In this document: one piece after another, positions 25,850-37,208 of the stretch
Layout: each line of letters opens with the position of its first letter
How positions within the stretch are numbered: the first letter of the stretch is position 1
Source: Octopus vulgaris
Lineage: Eukaryota
Direction of reading: 5' to 3'
Length of the DNA stretch: 64,000 nt
NCBI GenBank assembly: GCA_951406725.2
Contig: OX597816.1
Span: 165,602,001-165,666,000, forward strand
Notes under the pieces: model-generated
Told to the model about the DNA's origin: nothing
Seen by the model: the letters and a program-made list of their open reading frames with translations, nothing else
Databases searched by the model: none
Position numbers and translations under genes: made by a program

Positions 25850-26430
25850 TGAGACAGCATTCACCTGGGGTGGGTTGAGCTGGCTTCAGTCATCCTCAAT
25901 GCTGCATCTTTCAAAAACGCCCACCAGATCTGGCGATTTGAGGCTAACGGCCGCGTGATCTCCAACCAACCCTTTTCCAGCAGCAAACGCCATAGAAATG
26001 GGGGCCTAGGTTGGATTCTAGATCAGCCTTGACTGTCATCAGGCAGGTTTTTCGTTGTCCACCACATCGCTTTCTCCAGCCCTGAAGGGGAGCTGGGGCG
26101 ATTGCTTTGTAGATGAATTCTCCTGGTTGACAACAGAGGGCATGACCCAGCCAATGCAGCCATCTCGTTAGGATGACTTGTCGGAGGGAGGTGATTTTGC
26201 ACTGGTGTCTTACCGAATTGTTGGAGACAAAATGATGCCATCGGACACAAAGGATGCGGCGTAGACAGAGGTGATTGAAGGATTTTGTCGCTTAATATCT
26301 TCCACCCTCATCGGCCATGACGTGCTGCCGTAAAGGAGAATCATTCGCACTAGTGCTTTGTAGATCCGTACTTTGGTGGTGCATTGGATCTCAGATCTTG
26401 ACCAGAGTTGTGCATTGAGTCGGTTGAAGT
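25850..26430 (-). pseudogene. Decayed RTE/BovB-like LINE ORF 3' portion
   Basis: FNRLNAQLWSRSEIQCTTKVRIYKALVRMILLYGSTSW, followed after frameshifts by LHWLGH-type motif. Confidence 0.8.
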
Positions 26431-26607
26431 ATTGAGTTGGGTTGTGGTGAAACAGATTTTGTTGTATGATGGGAGGGTCGTTATGCCAGTAATAAAAATA
26501 CACGTGTTCAATTTCACTTTTATTTTTATTAGTCAACTGGTTAACCATTTAAACAATTAACTAATAGATTGTTTGATTAATTGTTTGGTCACTCAATCAA
26601 TCAGGTT

Positions 26608-26650
26608 TGTCAAAGTCCTTTCATTGCCATTTGCAACCTCATCAGTGACA
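26608..26650 (-). ncRNA. Minimal type I hammerhead ribozyme motif
   Basis: Minus strand: UGUCA-CUGAUGA-G-GUUGC(AAAUG)GCAAU-GAAA-G(GA)C-UU/UGACA. AATAAA lies downstream on the same strand. Confidence 0.6.
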
Positions 26651-27353
26651 TAAACAGCCAACTGAAAAATAGAAAACTGAAGTGAAATACAACCAGTGCA
26701 TGTGTTTATTCTTTTCTACTCTTGGCACAAGGCTCGACTTGGGGTGGAGTGGGGGCAGTCGATTAGATCGACCCTGAAAGGATGAAAGGCAAAGTCAACC
26801 TTGGCGGAATTTGAACTCAGAACATAAAGACAGATGAAATACTAAGCATTTCGCCCAAGGTGCTAACGTTTCTGCCAGCTCGTCGCATTAGTGCATGTGC
26901 TTATTATTGATATAATGACCCTCCTGAGATTATATATGTGTGTATATAATTGAGTACCTACAGATTTCTCATCAGCTCAGCATAGAGGTTTCCTTTTTTT
27001 CACTAACCTTCAACATTATGCTGACGTCTGCTTGGCAATTGATTTCACCTACTCTGCCTTAGTTCTTTACATAGTCCCAGATCATTATGTCTGGTCTGTT
27101 GTTCTTGACAGGGACATTCCACCACTACTCACTCATTATGTGTGGTTATACTGGTTATACCGTTCATATCAGTGTAGCTTCTCAAATGTGTCATTTCAAG
27201 ATTATCTCCTCTCTATAAATTTCATTACGTATTGGTCTAATCATGTCTCATAGGTACAAGACAATGTGAATAATATCCCTCCACCACAATGATCATTTCA
27301 CAAAACCTGCATCCGTGTGTGTGTGTGTGTGTATGTAGTGTTAGATGCTTTAA

Positions 27354-27574
27354 CCCTTTAGTGTTCAGATTATTCTGTTAAATGTAACACTTTTTCACTC
27401 AAATTGTTTTGAATTAATCATGCATTATCTTATAGCTTTGAGGTTTCAATGATGTGAATGTTTATTTTTAGAATGTCACTGTAGGTTAGGTGTGAGAGGC
27501 TGGATATCGCCAGTTTGAATATAAAACATGTATAATATATTGGGCCGGATGTGGCTGGTTTAAACACTAAAGGG
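27354..27574. mobile_element. piggyBac-like MITE
   Basis: TTAA-CCCTTTAGTGTT ... AACACTAAAGGG-TTAA. Confidence 0.9.
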
Positions 27575-28660
27575 TTAAAAAATAGAGCAAGTGACTCCAT
27601 TATTTAGTTAATGCCTTGTCACGTAAAAAGCACTGGTCCTGGTGTCACATAAAAGGAACCCAGAAAACTGTAAAATAGTTGGCATTAGGAAGGGTATCTA
27701 TCTGTAGAAATCATGCCAAAACAGACTTCAGAACCTAGTGTGGCACCTGACTTTGCCAGCTTCGGTCAAATTGTCCAACCCATGGAATATGGACATTAAA
27801 TGATGATCATGATGAGGACATCCGAGTTTAAACCTCATCAAGGCCAGTTTTGTCATATTTTTCCATCACACAGCCATAAGGCAGCCTCACTTTACTGCTT
27901 AAAAACAGTAAAAAAGAAAAGCAAACATTTGAGAGATGTCTGTTAATTTGAATACATGTTAACCTACCAGAAACAGCATTCCAAACCCATTCAAATGGAA
28001 TAAAGTAGTCATAAGTAGACTATGCATGAAAATTAAAGAGATGGGACACCATCATAGAAATTTTACAAGGTGAAACAAGACTGCTTTGGTAAGATCAGAA
28101 CATTGAAGATTTTGAAATTCAAAGACTGTGTGTGTGTGTGTGAGAGAGAGGGGGGGAGAGAGAGAGAGCTCTCATGGTGGATATTCATGTGATCTTATTT
28201 CTTGGTCTCCAGAATGATATATTAGCTGAACTACGCTGCCTCCTCATGAACCCTGATCAAAAGTCTAGTGGGTCGGTCAGAGTTGACCAAGGGCTAAACA
28301 CCAAAACAATTAAGAAAGAACTGAAAACTAAAAACAAAGTTGAAATTCTAAACACTGATTGTCATTATCAGACTAATTATTTCATGGTTTCAAGATAATG
28401 TTAAAAATTCAACTTCAATCATCAGAGATAATTAAATATTCAGTATTTGTATTTTTTCAATTAAAGATGGAATCACAAATCAAGATAAATAAATTAAAGA
28501 ACTCAAGAATTAAATGTCATTGTAACTCAATTTCCCCAGTTATTCATCAATGGAGAACTTGGTATCAAAAGACAGAACACAAGTCCAATTTCTGTTAAAG
28601 GAAGTTTCCATTTTTTAGATAAAAAGATTTAAAATTAAATTAAATACCAAATTATGCATT

Positions 28661-29090
28661 AGGTGCAGAGGTGGCTGTGTGGTCAAGAAGTTTGCTTCTG
28701 AACCACACGGTTTCAGGATCAGCCCCAGTGCAGGGCGCTATGTGCAAGTGTTTTCTAATATAGCCCTAGATCAACCAAAGCTTCCTGAGTGGAATTTGGT
28801 AGATAAAGACTGATAGAAGCCCATCATGTGTGTGTGTGTGTGTCCGTGTCTTGATATCACATGATAGTAGTAAATGAGTGTCACCCTCATACAAGCAGTG
28901 TCACTAAGTTCTAATATTCTGCATAAAAACATTTCTGGTCAGAGGATGATATTACCTTGCTCGGCAATTAGTGAGGGTTGGCAACAGGTGGGGAAAAACA
29001 GGTAGAGAATATCTGCCTCAATTATCTCCATTTGATCCATGCAAGCATCAAAAAGTGGACATTAAAACAATGATGATGATGATGATGATT
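28661..29090 (+). mobile_element. Chimeric SINE: family A head and microsatellite joined to an RTE-type tail (family E)
   Basis: Family A 5' half, then a different body ending GCAAGCATCAAAAAGTGGACATTAAAAC(GAT)n. Reverse copy at 39710-40096. Confidence 0.7.
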
Positions 29091-30662
29091 GTGGGCTCAG
29101 AACATTGTATGTCACTGGGGACTTTCTTAGGTCAAAATTGACCATCCATTTGTACATGCTTATGTTTGGAAGTTTTTTTTTGTTTTTTTTTAAAGAAAAC
29201 TGATTTTTTCCACGCATGCAAGACTGCTCTCTCCATCCCTTGGACTGACAGAGTTTGGCACCAAGCAATGTAGTTGAAGGCATTTGCTATCAGAATGCAA
29301 AAGAGCCAGGATAGACACCACAAGTTATCATTTCTGACCCTGTAATAATCTTGTCAATCCATTTGCCCACCAATCAGAAATTTTCAATTTTTATTTTATT
29401 TTATTTTTTTACTGACCTCATGAAACAGATGAAAGGCAAAGTTGATCTAAGCTGGATATGAACTTAGATTACAGAGTTACAACAAATACTGCTAGGCATT
29501 CTGTTCAACACTAATGTCCCCACCACCTCATCTGTATTAACATAAGACTCACACCAGTGTGTTCCCCTTCTCCTCCCCTCTTTACACTTTAACGAACTCC
29601 CTGTTCACACACTCCTGTCCAATCCTTTCTGCTGCTCTCCTTTCAACCATCTCTTTGAGAATATGTATTTTGAGGGTATTCACTGCCATGTCATCATCAT
29701 CACTCTTTCTCGCTCTCTCTCACTAACTGGAATAATCATGCATCTCCTCTACTGCCAGACACCTATTTCTGTCCTATCATATTTTAACCTCTCATCACCA
29801 CCATCAACACCACTCTGTCTCTCAGCTGAGGTGGGGTCTTATCTGGTAAAATATTTGGTGACCTCACTGCTGCTGGTGCCACATAGAAAGCACCAAGTAT
29901 ACTCTGTAAAGTGGTTGGTATTAGGAAGAGGCATCCAGCCATAGAAACTATGCCAAAGCAGACAGCACAGTTTGGTGCTGTCTTCTGATTTGCCAGTTCC
30001 TGTCAAACTGTTCAACCCACGCCAGCATGGAAAATGGACACTAAACAATGACAGTTACTGTGAATTAAAAGTTCTTTTTTTCCTCATCATCATTATAATC
30101 ATTTCATGTCTGCTTTCCATGCTGACATGGGTTGGATGGTCTGACTGAGGACTGGCAAGCCAGGAGGCTACACCAGGCTCCAATCTAATTTCCATGCTGG
30201 CATGGATTGAATGGTTTGACAGGAGCTGGTCAGGCAAGGAGCCGTCCAGACTGCAATTGTCCCTTCAGACATGGTTTCTATGGTTGGATGTCCTTCATAA
30301 CACCAACCACTATACAGAATGTGCTGGTTGCTTCTTATGTACCACATGTAAGAGTGCACTTACACAGCACCAGCATATTTTACATGGCAACGGTGCCTGT
30401 AAAGGACAAGCTTATATGTATGGATGGTAGTGATTTTACTTAGTTTGACGTCTCTTCTCAGATCACCACAACTCCCAGTCCCTTGCCATTTCCACATACA
30501 AAAAAAAACATAAAATAACAACGATGGAAGTTCACAGATTGTAATAACAATTAATATGTATTTTATCAACTCCAGACAAGCAATCAGCAAAGCTGGCCTC
30601 AATGGGATTTCAAATTGCAACATAAATGGACATCACTAAATACCACAAGGCATTTTGCCTAT

Positions 30663-30969
30663 GCAATGGCCCAGTGGTTAGGGCAGCAGACTCGCGGTTG
30701 GAGGATCGCGGTTTCGTTTCCCAGACCAGGCGTTGTGTGTGTTTATTGAGCAAAAACACCTAAAGCTCCACGAGGCTCCAGCAGGGGGTGGTGGCGACTC
30801 CTGTTGTACTCTTTCGCCCCAACTTTCTCTCACTCTTTCTTTCTGTTTCTTGAGTAACGCTGCAATGGATTGGTGTCCCGTCCAGCTGGGGAGGGGAACA
30901 CATATGCCACAGAAACAGGGAAACTGGCCCCATGAGCCTGGCTAGGCTAGAAAAGGGCGCATAAATAAA
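30663..30969 (+). mobile_element. tRNA-derived SINE with Meta-domain-like core (family D)
   Basis: TGGCCCAGTGG A-box, GGTTTCGTTTCC B-box-like motif, GCAATGGATTGGTGTCCCGTCCAG core, TSD ATTTTGCCTAT. Confidence 0.8.
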
Positions 30970-31609
30970 ATTTTGCCTATAATGCAACAGTTTCTTCCAG
31001 TCATTGAAATAACTATTATATATCAGAGACACAGAGTTCAAAACAAAATGAAGGTTGGGTTTATGTGTAAACAAAGAGCATTAAAGGCCTGATTAGAACA
31101 GATATAAACGCACAGAGCTAAATGTCAAATATCTATCTTTACAACAAATCATTAAGAGGTTCAAATCTGTTTATCAATGGGAAATGTATAAACGACTAAG
31201 TCAGTCTTAACCTAATTCTAGTTGGCAAGAAAGAAAATAGATTTATCTTCTTGCACCAAATTCAGATCCTTCAGTCAGCCAACCTCTGCCCACTCCCTCT
31301 CCCTGTGTCTTTCTCTCCACCTCTGTCTGCCTTTCTGTGTCTCTCTTCACCTCTCTCTCTCTTCCACTCTTTCTGTATCAGGCAGCACTGTGTGGTTAAG
31401 TTCACTTAGCCACTACATGGTTAGGGGGTTCAGTCCCACTGTACTGTACCCTGGGTGTGTGACTTAGTGGTTAGGGTATTTGGCTTGGAAACAAAGTCCC
31501 AAGTTCATTCACTGGTTGCATGTTGTGTCCTTGAGCAAGACACTTTATTTCACATTGCTCCAGTCCACTCATACATGTAATTCAAAAAGGCCAGCCTTGT
31601 TGTGTTCTG

Positions 31610-31655
31610 GACACCTGATGAAGGTCGGAGAGTACATCAGCTGAAATGTTGTGTT
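31610..31655 (+). ncRNA. Degenerate minimal hammerhead motif (Penelope-like)
   Basis: GACAC-CUGAUGA-[weak helix II]-GAAA-UGUU-GUGUU; AATAAA downstream at ~31715. Confidence 0.5.
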
Positions 31656-33526
31656 AGAACGAGGACAAATATGTCAAATGTATATAATGTTATTTATATT
31701 TCATCAACACCAAAGAATAAATAAACCCTAGATAAACTAGAACACAAAGGAGACAGATGAAACTTGGAGGAAAAGACCCCATGCAAGGCATCTATTTTCT
31801 TAGTTTGCTGTATTCATCAACAAATTTTTCCTCACATAAATCACTAACATAAGCTACCAAGAAAATGGTGTAGCTTTTTAATAGAAAATGGTAAGCAGAA
31901 CAGCAATTAGTATCACCAACATAAATAGAACTGTTTATTGACTCAGATACCATAGGTGAAGAATATCAATTTATTGGGAAAAACTGGCAAAATGGAATTG
32001 CTTGAATGACACGAAATTCATTTTTACCTTGCCATAGCAGACAAACTATAATGTACTTGTGAGAATGTAGAGACAGAAGCAATAGGTTCAGATGATGAAG
32101 GATTCATTACACATCTAGTAATCCAAGAATATTGAGGGAAAGAAAAAAGATGACTCTAGCAAATGCATGTGTGTTTGTACACGTGTTTATATATATATAT
32201 ACATATATATACACACACGCGCAAATATTCTTTTCTACTCTAGGCACAAGTCCCAAAATTTTAGGGGATAGGGCCAGTCAATTAGATTGACTCCAGCACG
32301 CAACTGGTACTTTATTTATCGACCCCAAAAGGATGAAAGGCAAAGTCTACCTCAGCAGAATACAATATTAATGAAAAAGCATGAACAGACTATAATTTTA
32401 TCAAATAAAAAAAAAACTATCTTAATCTTTCATTGGTTTCAGTAAGACTATGGCCATGTTGGGGTACCACCTTGAAGGCTTTTAGTCAAACAAATCAACA
32501 CAAATACTTATACTTTTTTAAGCTTTGTACTTTTTCTAACATTCTAACAGTTACTTTTCTCAAACCACTAAATCACAGGGACATAAACACACCAACACAC
32601 ACAATATGTATATGACAAGTTTCTTTCAATTTCCCTCTACCAAATCCACTCGCAAGGTATTGGTCAACCTAAAGTTATAGAAGACACTTGCCCAAGGCGC
32701 TACATAGTGGGACTGAACCCAACTTAAAAATACAACTGACTTTTAAATTTTAAGCACAGGCAGTGCCCCAGAATGGCCACAATCCTTTGACTGGAACAAG
32801 GAGATAAGAGTGAAAGGATTATATTGGAAGTACCATTTGAAGACTGCCTTTAGAGAGTATCACCAAGAGTTAATCTATGAGAGTCCATACATCATCCCTG
32901 AACTATATTCCTGAGGAGATGCCAACAGACAGAAACACTGATCTTTTGTATAAAACCTGTGTTGCTTATAGCAATTAGCTCACCTGTATATTCATTAGTA
33001 CCAGAACATTTCACTGAAATACCTCAACACTGTGAAAACCACTTGGAAAATTAGTCTAAGACATCAACCTTTTAAAAGCCAGTATTGAACTCATTTTATT
33101 TCTTCAAAGCTAGCATAAAATACAAAATTTTATAAAATTTGCCCACAAAGCCTTTTGTTACCATATAGCCATTGAAATGTCCAGCCTTTGTTTCAACTTA
33201 TTTATAAAATACGGAATTTAGTGAAATGGCTTTTGTCATAAACTGGTGTTTAGGACATAATTTGACACAAAATTAAGCAAGTTATAAATTTAAATGACAA
33301 GCTCCTTTGTTTTCATATTTCCGATGAAATACTAAATTCTTGTTCAAAATTAGTTGAAACAAAACCAGTGTAACATAACTCATTATTAGGCAGGTGTTTT
33401 GGGACATAATACAAGATTTTGAAGGAAGTTTTTGATTTAAATCACTTTAACCCTTTTGTTTCCATATTTCTGCTGAAATCCACTGCCTTTTAACACAAAA
33501 TTTTGATGAACGGTTTTAATTTACAA

Positions 33527-33980
33527 CAGCAGTTCTCAGCTATTTTTTACCTATAGACCTCCTTTGATCCCCATTTTGTATGGTTGAACCCTTAAAGCCA
33601 CCACCCAATGCTTAAAAAATCCTATAATATTTTTATAATATTATTAGAAATTGATTAAAAAAGAAATTGTTAAAATATTCTAAAAAAATACAGTAAACTC
33701 TCGACTATGTTCCAAAATCCCTGGCAATAGATGAAAATCTGAAGAAGAAACAGTACAGTACTGTATATATTTTTTTATTATTTTTATAATTTCTATATAT
33801 TTTATTATAAATGCAAAACAACACCACAGAGGAATTGGCATACACTTAAATAATAGACCGCGATGGTTAAACCATGATATGGCGAGGGATTACTCTAACC
33901 AATTTATGGCACATAAATTTTAGCAACAAAATCATATGTGTACCCCGAGAGGTCATATGGGCTCCAGTTAAGAATTGCTG
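33527..33980. mobile_element. hAT (Charlie-like) MITE
   Basis: CAGCAGTTCTCAGC ... GTTAAGAATTGCTG; diverged 8-bp TSD ATTTACAA/ATTTGGAT. Confidence 0.7.
33691..33895. mobile_element. Tigger/pogo-like MITE
   Basis: TA-CAGTAAACTCTCGAC ... GGCGAGGGATTACTC-TA. Confidence 0.65.
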
Positions 33981-35404
33981 ATTTGGATCACTTTTAAAAT
34001 CACGAAGCCATTATGACTGAACCAGGGGCAGTCTCAGGCGGGTTGATAACAAAGGGCATTGTAAAAATCTTGACATAAATGGATAGGAACCAAAGTAGTG
34101 AAAAGTTTATTGACCAATCAGTAGAAACAACCAGAGCAGCTGTGGAAGATGAAAGAACACTCCAAAATGAAATTACTATTCAGTCTTGCCACCATCAACA
34201 ACAGCAGTTGTTATGAAATCCTTTTATTACAAAATATGGGTCAATTCGCGTAACCTAAATACTTCATTCAAAACGTATGTAATCACAACTCTGCCCCCCC
34301 CCGTCCCACTACAATCCCCTCCCCGCCTCAGAGGTTTTGAATCGGTCACGGGGAATTTTATTTATTATTTTTTTTTTTAATGCTCGAGTTAGTAACTAAA
34401 GGAATTAACCAGATAAATTTAGTCTTTGTTCAGGCGTGGCTGTGTGGTAAGAAGCTTGCTTCCCAACAACATGGTTCTGGGTTCAGTACCACTGCATGAC
34501 ACGTTGGCCAAATGTCTTCTATAACTTGGGCAAACCAAAGCCCTGTGAGGGAATCTGGTTTGTGGAAACTGAAAGAAGCCTATTGTGTGTGTGTGTATGA
34601 GTATGTCTTTGTGACTGTGAGTGCCCCCACCATTGTTTGATAATTGGTGTCGGTGTGTTTACATCCCTGAAACTTAGCAATTTGGTGAAAGAGACCAATG
34701 AAATAATTACCAAGTACCGGAGTTGATTTGCTCAACTAAAATTCTTTATGGTAGTGCCCCAGCCTGGCCACAGTCAAATCACTGAAACCAGTATAAATAA
34801 TAAAAGCAAGGGTAGGATTTCAACTGAAGAAAACTTTTATCACACATAATGCCCGTGTATAGATAGGTTTGAATCACGTCAAAACAAAATTTTAACTGAC
34901 AAGGAAACAAAACAGAAATGAGTCATCCATTCTTATAAAACAGACAGCAGGGTTGAAAGCATGATATAAGAGTAATTTTCTTGTGCAAAGATTAAGAGAG
35001 TTTTTGTATTGAAAAGAAAGAGGAGTTGTACGTTTATATAGCCCAGGTGACATCTCAGCAAGATAGAATTTTATTGAAATACCGGATTTGTAGCTTCGAG
35101 TTATTTGCAAGACAGAAAATTTGCTCTTAAATCCACATAGCCTACACACACATACATATATACATATATATATATAGGCTATCTTTCTATATATATATAT
35201 ATATAACAATGATAGTCTGCGAAAGGTGAGAGGAAAATATGTTTAAAATATGTAAAATATGTTTGCATTGAAATCATTATCCTCACTAAGAAAATAAGAA
35301 CAAGTTTGTAATTGAAGTTTTATATACTTTCCTGAGTACACACACACACACACAATTATATCTAGTACAAGATAATATCATAGTGCAAGTCATGTATAAC
35401 AGAC

Positions 35405-35437
<33 letters not shown>

Positions 35438-35744
35438 TATACAGGCACACATATACCTAGTGTAGTTATAACTTACACGTATACATACCTACACACACAT
35501 GTATATACATATATACACATATACACACACATACACATATCTCATCATCCTTGTTTAACATCCACCTTCGAATGTTGGCATGGGTTGGACGGTTTGACAA
35601 GGAGCCACCCAGGTAGAAGACCACCCCAGGCTTATTGTGTCTCTTTTGGCATGGTTTTTATGGTTGGATGCCCTTCCTAACACCAACCACCCTGCAGAGT
35701 GGGCCGAGTGCTTTCAGGAGATTTGATCAAAATGTATCAGGACT

Positions 35745-35758
35745 GTTGCTATGGTAAC
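35745..35758. promoter_or_regulatory. RFX X-box motif
   Basis: GTTGCTATGGTAAC is a 14-bp match to the RFX X-box consensus, located in unique sequence. Confidence 0.4.
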
Positions 35759-36600
35759 AGAGCTAAATTAGGCAGAGTGAAGCCGTTTGGCACAGATTGA
35801 TCTTGAACTTTCTTACCTGCAAACTAGGTTATTACATTCTTGCTTACCTGTTATTTATAGTAGTGCTTGGAAGTAGAATAGGGTATAGTCTTCTCAGCTA
35901 ATTTATTCTATAGCCCTGGGTGGATCACTGCCTTGTGGTGTGGAAGCCCATACATGTGTGTGTCTCTTGAGGTATGCGTATGTCCCCCCCATACCCACTG
36001 CTTAACAACTGTTGGTTAGTTTACATCCCTGCTTCTTAGCAATTCATCAAAAGAGATTGATAGATTAAAAAAAATTTGTAGGCGCTGATTTGTTCAGCTA
36101 AATGCTTCAAGGTGGTGCCCCAGCATGACCACAGTCCTATGACAAACAAGTAAAAGTTCAAGATACTCTAAACATATCTCAGACATACAGGTTCTCAGTA
36201 TGCCCTCATTTAGAGGCAGTTTAAAAATACCAATGTGAAATAGTGCAACTATTTATACTGATAGTAATGGATTCAGCTCGTGCCAAATGTGAAATCAACA
36301 GTAAAGTGATATTCTAAATATATACGGTGGATTTTACACTTGAATGAACCTTCAAGGTTAAATGCTCAGATCGAAAACCTTTGCTGCTAGAAGACAAATC
36401 ATTTACTTGGTTTTTTTTCCAATAAACAATTATTGATATATATACACATAGATGTGTGTGTGTGTGTGTTTATGAATAAATATGTATTATATATGTGTGT
36501 ATATATATGTTTATAAATACACATACACACACATTATACATCGTTTTTAGAAAAACAAATCCAGAGAAGCAGCATACTCTAAGAAGTAGAGCAGTCTATA

Positions 36601-36798
36601 TTTTTCCGTGTGAAGGCCTGTTTATGGGGTTATCCTGGGCTTCCCATTCATAAAGGGTTTCACTTTATGGCCTATGACCTCTTTAACATATTTTCAAGAA
36701 GTCATAATAGGCCAACAGGTCTTGGGGTATAAACCATAAAGTTAAACCCTTTATGGACAGGAAACCCAGAGTAACCCCATAAATCTGCCTTTACCAGG

Positions 36799-36803
<5 letters not shown>
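36601..36803. mobile_element. Fold-back MITE with ~70-bp imperfect TIRs
   Basis: TTTTTCCGTGTGAAGGC...TTTATGG is inverted relative to CCATAAAG...GCCTTTACCAGGAAAAA. Confidence 0.7.
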
Positions 36804-36829
<26 letters not shown>

Positions 36830-36849
36830 TATCTATATGTATATATTAG

Positions 36850-37172
36850 TGAAGGCGCATGGCTCAGTGGTTAGAGTGTCAAACTTACGATCGTGGGGTT
36901 GTGAGTTTGAATCCCAGACCGGGCTGCGTGTTGTGTTCTTGAGCAAGACACTATATTTCACGTTGCTCCAGTTCACTCAGCTGTAGAAAGGAGTTGCGAC
37001 ATCACAGGTGCCAAACTGTATCGGCCTTTGCCTTGGATAACATCAGTGGCGTGGAGAGGGAAGGTCAGTATGCATGGGCGACTGCTGGTCTTCCTCAAAC
37101 AACCTTGCCCAAACTTGGGAGGGTAACTTTCTAGATGCAATCCCATGGTCAGTCATGACCAAAGGGGGTCTC
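36850..37172 (+). mobile_element. tRNA-derived SINE (family D-related head)
   Basis: TGGCTCAGTGG A-box, GAGTTTGAATCCC B-box, CTTGAGCAAGACAC CORE-like motif. Confidence 0.75.
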
Positions 37173-37174
37173 AG

Positions 37175-37208
<34 letters not shown>

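Larger units (their letters stand above)
33451..34056. mobile_element. piggyBac-like MITE hosting nested elements
   Basis: TTAA-CCCTTTTGTT ... AACAAAGGG; homologous to 48370-48596 and 59094-59318. Confidence 0.7.

Noticed and set aside
34892-35209. 105-aa ORF in unique sequence
   Set aside because: Starts in a microsatellite, no recognisable domain, no donor site.
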